A stretch of DNA of 64,000 nt, taken from assembly GCF_006345805.1 (NCBI RefSeq), contig NC_043013.1, positions 31,930,001 to 31,994,000 on the forward strand, given 5' to 3'. The notes beneath the pieces were generated by a model, which searched no databases, was not told the origin of the DNA, and saw only the letters and a program-made list of their open reading frames with translations. The position numbers were made by a program, and so were the translations under genes. Position 1 is the stretch's first letter. The number at the start of each line of letters is the position of its first letter. Below, piece by piece: positions 54,400-64,000 of the stretch. The stretch is from Octopus sinensis (lineage: Eukaryota).

Positions 54400-55720
54400 A
54401 AATTGTTAGAAAGTGCAACCAAGTGTGTAAATTCTACCCGTGCGGTGACTACTGGCATAGAGCTGACGGTGCAAACATTCGATTCCTACGCCCAAAACGA
54501 TACCACAAGCCGAAAAGTAGCAAATACCCCCCTCCAAAAGGACCAAAAGACAAAGGAAGACAAAGTCGCTCATCACCAGTATCAAAAGTGGAATATGCTG
54601 ATTTAGGGCACTACTTCTAAAAGCTACGCATATTCAGAAGCCATCATAAGAATATCGATCTCTTTTAAGCATGGCACAAAAGATTGCGCCACAACTCATC
54701 TGGCTACATCTGTTCGAGAGTCAGAGCCATCCCCACCAACACACAAAGCCGTCACAGCCAATGAATCCAGAGTGGCCGCTGCAAGTATCAGCACGGATGT
54801 CACACTAATATACTATATAAATCTCAGAGGACTGTTACAACTCAGTAACAGAACCAAAATTGCATTACTGAGAAATCTTGTGGCATACAATCAAGCTTTA
54901 TACATAGCACTCACCGAAACACATCTAAAACCCGACATCACGATGCACAAATACGCATGCCAAAGTACGTTGTAATGGTGATCTCAGATCCTTTTACCAT
55001 ACCCAAATTCAGTGTGTGACATATAAAGCAACTTCTTATAGTTATATATATAACTTATCGCCCACCAGATGCTCCAAATTACACGGGCGTATTCGAAGAC
55101 TGCTTTGCAAGAATGGAAGAAGCCTTAAACAAACTAGAACAGCACATCAGTGTATTTCTCATGGGGGACTTCATCCTGCCCAATGTAGGATTGCCTGAGG
55201 GCCTTTTCCTCTCAGGAACGATACGATGTAAGCAAAGTTTGATGGAATCCTTGCTCAACCTCTCCAACATGGAGCAAGTAATACTTCAACCAGCCGGGGT
55301 AAACTACATGGTTGACCTCTGTTACACAAACAATATGGATCTAATCCATAATGCGAAAGTGACACTCACGCTAGCCTCGGACCACAATATAAGAGAACTT
55401 ACTATGTATGGATCAAAGGAATCTACAGACATGCAGCCTACAAGAAACACCCAAAGCCTATCCAATGTGAACTACCACAATTCAGACCGAAATCAATAGA
55501 GAAAATATCACCACACAAGACTGATCCCAATGACTCTCTACACCTGACATCGACATGACATTGAAAATATTTATGTCCATAATGCAAGACACGCTACAAT
55601 TTTATTCCAGAGAGAAAGGCCACTGAACATAAAACAAGATTCCCAGGGAGTGCTAAGTTCTTATAAGACGGTGTACAAAGATGGCAAACCGCTGGAACAG
55701 CGAACTCAACGGCAGAGAGT
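54400..55720 (+). mobile_element. Decayed CR1/L2-group LINE 5' part (ORF1 zinc-finger remnant + AP endonuclease)
   Basis: VCKFYPCGDYWH; YINLRGL...IALTETHL; FLMGDFILP; VDLCYTN...ASDHN. Confidence 0.75.
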
Positions 55721-57759
55721 ATGTATGTATCTATGCATGTATGTATCTATGCATGCATGTATGTATCTATGCATCTATATATGTATGTATATATGTATGT
55801 AGTATCTATGCATGTATTTATGAATGTATGTATGTTTATGCATATATTTAGTTCAAACACATAATTGTTTAACTCATAAACTGTTTCATATATATATATA
55901 TATACATGCCCGCTCACACGTATAAATTTATCATCACATTGGAATATAGATGGTAATATTGAACGAAAGATCAATTATTACGATAAAATTTTAAATAATT
56001 ATTTGTTCACAATTACAGAAAATAGTAGAAATATTAGTAAATGTAGGTTTTACTTCCGCTGACTAAAATTACGACCAGTGTTGAGATATTGGGATAATAA
56101 AAATATACCAACAACAGAACACCGGTACTCTCGTGCAACTATCTAGTCTGTACATACCTTAGCTTGATATATAACAACATTACAGGAACTTCAAATTCTC
56201 CAGAATGTACATCATTTTGAAGTAAGAGGTCTCTGGTTACAATTTTATCGAAACACACTTCAACAAACTTTCCTTTTTGCAGTGCATAAATCGTACGAGT
56301 CGGTGACTAAATATCATCACAATAAATAATAGCTAAATAACAAATAAAAGATAAATAAAAACAGTAATTTCACCTATTTCTAACTCTTTAGGTGAAATTC
56401 AGCTCTAAAATATGATTTTACTGAAGTTAAATTTATTCACATCATATAGCACACATAAAACACACACATATATATTTGCATATATGAATATGTTTGTATG
56501 CGTGTATATATATACATACGCGTGTGCATGTGTGTGTGTGTCTGTTTCTGCGTGTCAACACACACACATTTAAATATATATACACGTATCCCTATGTTTA
56601 TGTGAGTTATATGCTGTGAAGAAAGGTCAAAGGCTTGAAAAGAAATGTTCAACAACTCAGACAGTGTTTTCAAAGCTGAACTACGACAAAGAACAGAACA
56701 AAGACAACAAACAAGAGACGATAAATACACAGTTAAAACACAAAAGAAGAAATAACTACATGACGAAAGAAATGTAATAGAAGCTGACTTGGCTTCAACA
56801 ACAGTAAGTCACACACATTTTGCATCGTGAAGCTGGGCGTAAAATCAGAAGAAAAAAAACAGCGTACAGTACAATAAAAAAATAAAGACATTAGTATGCT
56901 AATATTGCAAAGATCATATTGAACATCTTTGCCGTAAATTTCCACATAACTCCGAAGTATTATCAAATATAATGGATCATCGATCTAACGTCAATACTTG
57001 AGCAGAAATAACAAAACATGAAATAGATGAACAATAATAAGAATGGTAAACTGTAAGTCTCCTGGTATATATGGCATCGGTGTTGAAGTAATAACAGTTG
57101 GAAGGAGGCACACAGCTGATATGTTCCATATAATATTGTAATATGGAAAAGTGAAAAGACATAATGGCTGGAATCTTATGTTGAGATCACCAATATCTAA
57201 AATGGGCAACAAGTAAAATATGATAAATGGAGAAAACCATATTTAGTAGAATGCACTTTCTCTGAATGAAATGTTAAAGGGAAAAGCGACGGGGTGAGAA
57301 GAAGAGGTTTGGGAGCTAACAGGGTCGACGGTAATGTTTTTTCTATATCCAGATAATTTAGAGCTACCAACAGCATAATGTGGTTGAAGACAATATATAA
57401 GATAGTTAAAAAAGAGTGTGAATTAGAGAAGCGCCTTATAGCGATAATGAAGGCGCCGTTAACAGATGTGTTGAGCTTATAGACTACTCTGATGTACAGA
57501 ACTACGGGTGTATCTGAGATAATGTGTCTTGAATTTGTCATGAATGAACTGAAAGAGTTGAATTAAAATCTGGAACATTGATGTCGGCAGCATAAATAAT
57601 GGGTGTGGTGATGCCCCAATCCTAATCTCCCAATCCGAATCTCTCACAAGTTGAAAATACCGACTCGGCAGTTCTACGAAGCATGATAAGAAATCTGGCG
57701 ATGTGCCACCTAGCAAAGAAATTTTTTTCTACTCTAGGTAAAAAGGTCCAAAAATTTGC

Positions 57760-57938
57760 GGGAGGGGGCTAGTCGATTAGATCGACCCCAGTACACAACT
57801 GGTATTTAATTTATCGACCCCGAACGGATGAAAGGCAAAGTCGAACTCGGCAGAATTTGAACTCAGATTGTAAAGACAGACGAAATATCGCAAAGCATTT
57901 CACCGGGCGTGCTAAAGTTTCTGCCAGCTCACAGCCTT
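57760..57938 (-). mobile_element. SINE family 2
   Basis: Reverse complement match to the 63712 copy. Confidence 0.75.
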
Positions 57939-58088
57939 ACATAGAAAAGAAGTTATTTCACTGAATGATTCTGAAGTAGACAATATTAAAATGAGTGTAG
58001 CTCCGAATGATGATATACTAAATGGAACGAGAGAAAATGCGAGAGGTGTCTGACTGTCACAAAATGTGGTTAGGAAAATATATAACTA

Positions 58089-58123
<35 letters not shown>

Positions 58124-58620
58124 TGCAGACTCACAAACATATGTATGTCTGTACGTATGTAAGTATGTATGTAGATATGTATGTATGTAGATATGTACAT
58201 ATGCATGTATGTATGTAACTATGTATGCATGCATACGTATAAATAGTGTGAATTAGAGAAACGCTATACAACTATAGCACGGTTGTTATGCACAAGGATG
58301 GACAGCTAATGGATTGGTTTGAAATATACGTGTGTTTGAATCAAGACTTTCAACATATTTCACGGATTCGTCATGAAAGCACTGAAATATACGAATAAAC
58401 GCATGTAAGTCACTAAAAAATATTCTGACGAACCAATCCTAATGTTCACGAATATTGGTAAATTGAAAATATCGACTAAACTGTTAGACAAAGCAGAGCT
58501 GTGAGATTACGAATTTCATCACAGTTTCTAACTGTTTATGTGACACTTTGGTTGTCTACTATAACCTTGTGAGCTAATATTGGTAATTTTGCGGACGTCC
58601 ATTTTATGCTTAGCTACACA

Positions 58621-61600
58621 TGCTGTTCTAACGTAATTTGTTACGTACAATAAATAAGATAGCCATACAACAGTAAAAACAACGTAACAAACTAGCAAAT
58701 CCCTCTACGAACCAACAATCAATATTCTTTCTGAACTAACCGACCGACACCTTCCAACTTCACTGCGAACTAACACGAACTTCACTCGGCTGACACAACA
58801 TCTGCCCTTTTGAAATTTCGACTACTGTGAAAAAGTGGAATTTCTCTTATTTTCTTTTCTTCCCAGCACCACTCCATCTTTTTTCTTTTAGCTGTCGTAT
58901 CTTTTAAGGTAGTATTGTTCGTTGCACACAGCAGTTTTCTTTTCGTTGTACTAAGCACACTTGTTAATACTTTTTTTTCAATCTTTTTCGGTTAGGCGTT
59001 ACTTCCATATTTTCAGCATGCTTTCGTTTTTTTAATCTAGTTCTACGGAGTTCAATATCTCTCGGTGTTGGCACTTCAAACATATCATAGAAGACTTCCA
59101 TCGGTATTACCCTTCGTTTTTCTTTATATTTCAACTTTAAATGGTTAAGATGTCTCTTATGTTGCGAACGTTTTTTTTAATTAAATACATCATGTCACCT
59201 AATCTTTTGATTACACCGCCATCTTCCCAACCTTCTTTACCATTTTTGTAATTTTTAAAATGAACTTTATTTTCAACTTCGAAATGTTTTGTAATATTTC
59301 CTGTATTTCCTTCAAATGTATTGTTTTTCTTTCTTATATATGTATTTTTTCCTGGCAATAATTTATTGAAGATTGATTTTAATTATACGCGAACATAAAC
59401 GCTGTTGGTGACTTTCCTGAATTAGTATTTGGATTTAGCGTTATTCTATATACTCTCAAAAATTTCGTTTGTGTCTCGTTATTATATAGCTCGTGCCTAG
59501 CTTTTCTTAGAGCTCTTTTGAACGTGTTGATAAATTGTTCCACCTGACTGTTTGACATTGGGTGGAAGGGCTGAGTAAAGGTGTGCATTATGGCATGTAT
59601 GTTACAGACATTTCATAATTCATATCCCGTGAATTGTGTTCCATTATCTGAAACTAACGTGTCTGGAACACAGTATAGGACAAATAACTTGAGTAGGAAA
59701 TTTATCGTTGTCTTTGCTGTGGGTTTATTACGTCTGCATACATCTGGCCACTTTGTACAGCTATCCACAACGGTTAGATAATATGCACAGTTTACTAGTC
59801 CAGCGTAGTCGATATGTATCCTGGACTATGGACTCTCAGTCTTCAGCCACGATTGGTAGTTTACTGGGGGTGTTTTGGTTGCCAACGCGCAACCTCTACA
59901 TGCATTCACCGATTTCTCGATGTCCTTGTCCATAATCGGCTTCTCATTAAAGCTTTCTTTCTGGACAATGCTCACAGTAAAAGTTTTGCAATACTAGTTT
60001 ATGTAGTGTACTTAGTACTACTACTCTCTGCGCGTATATTAACACATCGTCGCATAGTGAGACATTATTTGGAGTTGTATTTTTATCATGCTTTATTTTT
60101 CAATATTTCTTTCATTCTAGTAATGTAACTATCCTCTTCGAATTTCATTTTTAATATCATATGCTGTCACCGGTAGTTTCTGGATTATATTACAAACATT
60201 AATTCTTACTTTATTTTCTTTCTGCAGTGACGCTATCACCGTCTCTTCTATCGGCTCCACGCTTTTGGTAATTAGCCTCGATAAGCAGTCTGCATGATCA
60301 ATATTGTTTGATAGAATTTTCTGCATCTTAAAATTGCAGTTCAGCAATATTATACCCCAGTGTTGTAGACAGTTCGCTGTATGGATAGGCAATCCCTTTT
60401 TTTTATCTAAACATTGATAGTAATAGTTGATGATCGGTTTGAAAGAAAAAATATTTTACCATGTATAGATTTGTGAAGTTTTTTGCAGCAAAAATATTCG
60501 ATAGAGCCTCTTTCTCTATCTGACTAAGCTTTTTCTGCTGCTGTCAGCGAACGTGAAGCATGAACTACTGGCTTTATATTTCCATCTTTTGCTCCTATCC
60601 CATATTCCGAAGTATCAGGCACTGCAACAATGTCCATTGTACTAGTGACAAGTCAGATATTTGTATTCTCTGTATGTCTTCAAATAAGTTTTGGTATTTT
60701 ACAGACCAATCATATTTTACTTCTATTTTTAGTAACTCGTTTAATTGTGCTCTCAATTTATTTATATTTGGCATGTACTGTTGATAATAATTTACTAGGT
60801 CAAGGAAAACTTGAAATGTCGGTATATTCGTTGGAAGTGGCATACTCCAACGAATATGACGTCTTCCTTTCTTATAATTGATTTGACCTAGGTATTTTTA
60901 TTTTAGGCAAAAAATTCACTTTTCTTCAAAAAATTCACTTATGTGAAACCATAATCCTTAGTTCTTAAAAGAAACACACTTCATGTGATTGATATACTCA
61001 TTCCGCGATTCCAAATTGATTAAACGTCATCAAGTTAAGGAATAGCAAATTGACAGTCGGCCAACATCTCGTCCATCACTGTTGAAATATTGCAGGGGCT
61101 ACCTTCAGTCCAAAAGATAGTCTATTGTATTTGTATAGACTTCTGTGCGTGTTGACGACTAACAGCTTTGAGTATTTTTTATCTACGTAGATATGCGTCT
61201 CGGGTTTTGAAAATATTTTTCCTCCGTTTAGTTTTGTAAAAATATCTTCTGAGGTTGGTAGTGGATAATGGTTCGTTTTTAAACAGCCATTTAAACCGGT
61301 AGAAAAATTGGCAGAGCACCTAATTTTCTTATGTTTCTTTTTTGCGTAAGTTGTGCCCCCAATCTTTCGTAATCCACTTTTTCAATGATTCCATTTTTTA
61401 CCAATCTATCTAAAACATCGTGCACTTGCTTTATTGCCGCAAAAGGCACTTTCCAGTTATGCTTGAAAACAGATGTAAAGTTATCATCTAATTCAAAATA
61501 CGCTTCATTCTTTGTGCACAGACGTAGTCTGACCGAGAGTACTTGCGGAAACGTTAAAAAAATGTTCTCTTTAACACTTCAGATGAATAATCGTTAGAGG

Positions 61601-63124
61601 GACAACCATTTACGTTTATACGATAAAGATTTATGGGGAGGTCCCATAAATCGGATAATTCTACCCAATCGGCACCAAATAGATCGGTTGCATTTTTAAC
61701 GTCGAAGTCCACATTTCGCCTACCAAAGGTAACTTGTCGCCCGTCACAATTCGAGCAGATTTCGTTGTTTTTCTCAACATAAGTTTCCCTATTTTCTTCC
61801 ATATGTGTCCATATTGATTACTGAGATATCACTTCCAGTATTCAATTGAATATTAATATGTATTGTTTTTATTTTTACATGTACGAATTTTATTTGAGAA
61901 TCGATTTTCAATCTGCTGAGAGCACTAGGACTTTTAACGTTTGACCTTCGTAATTTTGTTCTGCAGTGTGAACTCTTGTGACTAATTCTTTAGCAACTGT
62001 AGCATATTTGATTTTTAAATGGACAGTCTTTTCTGAAATGTATGCCCCAACATCCACAACATGAATTACAACATGGTACTCATTTTTGCTTGTACTTTTC
62101 CGATCGCCATATCTGTATTCTTCAGGAGTCCTTTTCTTGAATTTTTCATACATCGTATTTCAGGTTTACCCTCCTTTGGTATTCTTCTGCCACGGACTGT
62201 ATCGCTAGATCTTGATTCACTTGTTCCAATTTAGAAGAATGTTTGCCCGAATTTCTGTATGTTCGTTTAATGTAAGGCCTTGTAAGAAAATATAGCACTT
62301 GAACATCTCAGGTGTAAGTTCTTTGAGTTTACTACTTTCACACATCATGTTGACTGTTCCTTTTTTCATTATATTCTAACAATCCATTTGAGTGTTAAAT
62401 AGAGAATTTTTATCACCGAATATGTTAGACAATAATTCTATTGTTTCTTTAAAATAAATTTCATTGAGTTTTTGGGGCAATATGAAATTATAGTAACGTT
62501 CATGCTCTAACGGAGCTAATTTTTGCAATAACAATTTGGCTGGCATTTTGTTCGTCCGATTATGATTAAAATTCTCGTGGTACTATCTGTAGTTCGATGC
62601 AAAAGTTAAACCTTCCATTGGGTTATAACTGAATACACTTATTGGGTTCAAAACGCCATCTGGCGAAAACGAATTTACCACATTTTTAAATATAGCTCCA
62701 ATAATTGTTGTTGTTGTTGTAGTTGTTGCTGTAGTAGTTGCTTCTGCAACTCCTATTGCTGCTCTAGTTGTTGCTTTTAAAACTGTACTATGTACATTAT
62801 TCAATATGCTGTGCCACAAACAAATTGTTAAGTAACCTACGTGGGCTTCGAAACCCTCGTCGCCAGATGCTGTAACGCAATTTGTTAGTATAAGTAAAAT
62901 AACCAGACAACAGTAAATAACGAACTAACCAATCTCTTTACGAACCAACAATCAATATTCCTTGTGAAACAACCAACAGACATCTTCCGACTTCACTGCG
63001 AACTAACACGAACTTCACTCGACTCCGAACTCTAAACTCCGAACTCACTCTGATCATTACTATTTATACTTTACTCGGACCGGTCTATCTCTCGCAAGAG
63101 GGCGTCGTAGCTCTCATCACAACA
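58621..63124 (-). mobile_element. Decayed Gypsy LTR retrotransposon
   Basis: LTRs at 62868-63124 and 58621-58800 (TGTTGTG...GCA, diverged, 3' LTR shorter). PBS TGGCGACGAG at 62856-62865; PPT aaaagggcaga. Order gag-protease (LFGADWVEL)-RT (*LDD)-RNaseH (HADCLSRL)-integrase (FHPMSNSQVEQF). Confidence 0.88.
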
Positions 63125-63216
63125 CATTCACAATGATGTGTATATATGTAGGTGCACGTGTGTGTGTAAGTGTAGTCGTTGAATACACTGAGTAGCTTTC
63201 AAAGATGTACTTATTT

Positions 63217-63402
63217 TGTGCCTCAGGAGTAATAAACGTACATACAATAAGGTATAATATTACGTCGCACGTTCGGATGACTTCTACTGAACTCTCACCG
63301 CTACTCTGCTACTCGACTGTGGTCTCTTGACGTCTAGGCTTCTCCCGCCATATATACGTATTGGACTAGCCTACTTCATCGTCTGGGGGCGTCCACACAA
63401 CA
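63217..63402 (-). mobile_element. Possible solo LTR
   Basis: Minus strand begins TGTTGTG like the Gypsy LTRs and ends in CA. No TSD seen. Confidence 0.3.
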
Positions 63403-63711
63403 TATAACAATACATGTTTGGTAAACTTAAGGAATAGAAGAATTTTTCATTAAAGTATATCTTAAAATTAATGCAGTGTTTTTTTTCGAAGAAGCATTAT
63501 AATTAACCAGAAAATAAAAAAAAAAGAAGAAAAGTTTCCTTTAATGCTTCTATTCATTTCCTTAATTCTTGTACGGATTCTTCCGGGGACTTGGAGACAT
63601 TTCCTGAACAATCTGGATTCGCCTAATTACAGAATTTTTTCATCTTCTTTGAAACATCCTATAAAATGGATAAAATAATTAGTTAAGTACCGCAGTATTT
63701 GTAACCGACTA

Positions 63712-63947
63712 TGGCGGCGAGCTGGCAGAAACGTTAGCACGCAGGGCGAAATGCGTAGCCGTATTTCGTCTGCCGTTACGTTCTGAGTTCAATTTCCGCC
63801 GAGAACGATTTTTGCCTTTCATCCTTCCGGGGTCGATTAAATAATTACCAGTTACGCACTGGGGTCGATATAATCGACTTAATCCGTTTGTCTGTCCTTG
63901 TTTGTCCTCTCTGTGTTTAGCCCCTTGTGGGTAGTAAAGAAATAGGC
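63712..63947 (+). mobile_element. SINE family 2, full length with 15-bp TSD
   Basis: atttgtaaccgacta at 63697-63711 and 63948-63962. Confidence 0.92.
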
Positions 63948-64000
63948 ATTTGTAACCGACTAGCTTCCTACCCCCAATATTTCACGGCTTGTATCCACAG

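Overview
AT-rich, microsatellite-dense eukaryotic DNA. It is most likely from an Octopus-type cephalopod, inferred from recalled SINE consensus sequences and not from a database search. No intact protein-coding gene is visible, and nearly all ORF-track entries are microsatellite or repeat artefacts. The window is a mosaic of tRNA-derived SINEs (3-4 families), decayed mariner/Tc1 elements, LINE remnants (Tx1/L1, CR1/L2-group, R4/Dong-like), two Penelope-like (PLE) remnants with GIY-YIG motifs, and a decayed Gypsy provirus. The main observation is a set of apparently non-coding repeat families (here called A-E, G, H), unrelated by eye, each carrying a type I hammerhead ribozyme (HHR) motif with a palindromic, loop-less stem III. 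Several occur as tandem arrays of 430-560 bp units with one inverted arm, anchored in (TA)n tracts, and the ribozyme-sense strand points toward the anchoring tract. This resembles retrozymes or Penelope pseudo-LTR derivatives and includes variant cores (U3-A8, U6, U.U at 10.1/11.1). Folds were paired by eye; ribozyme activity is untested.
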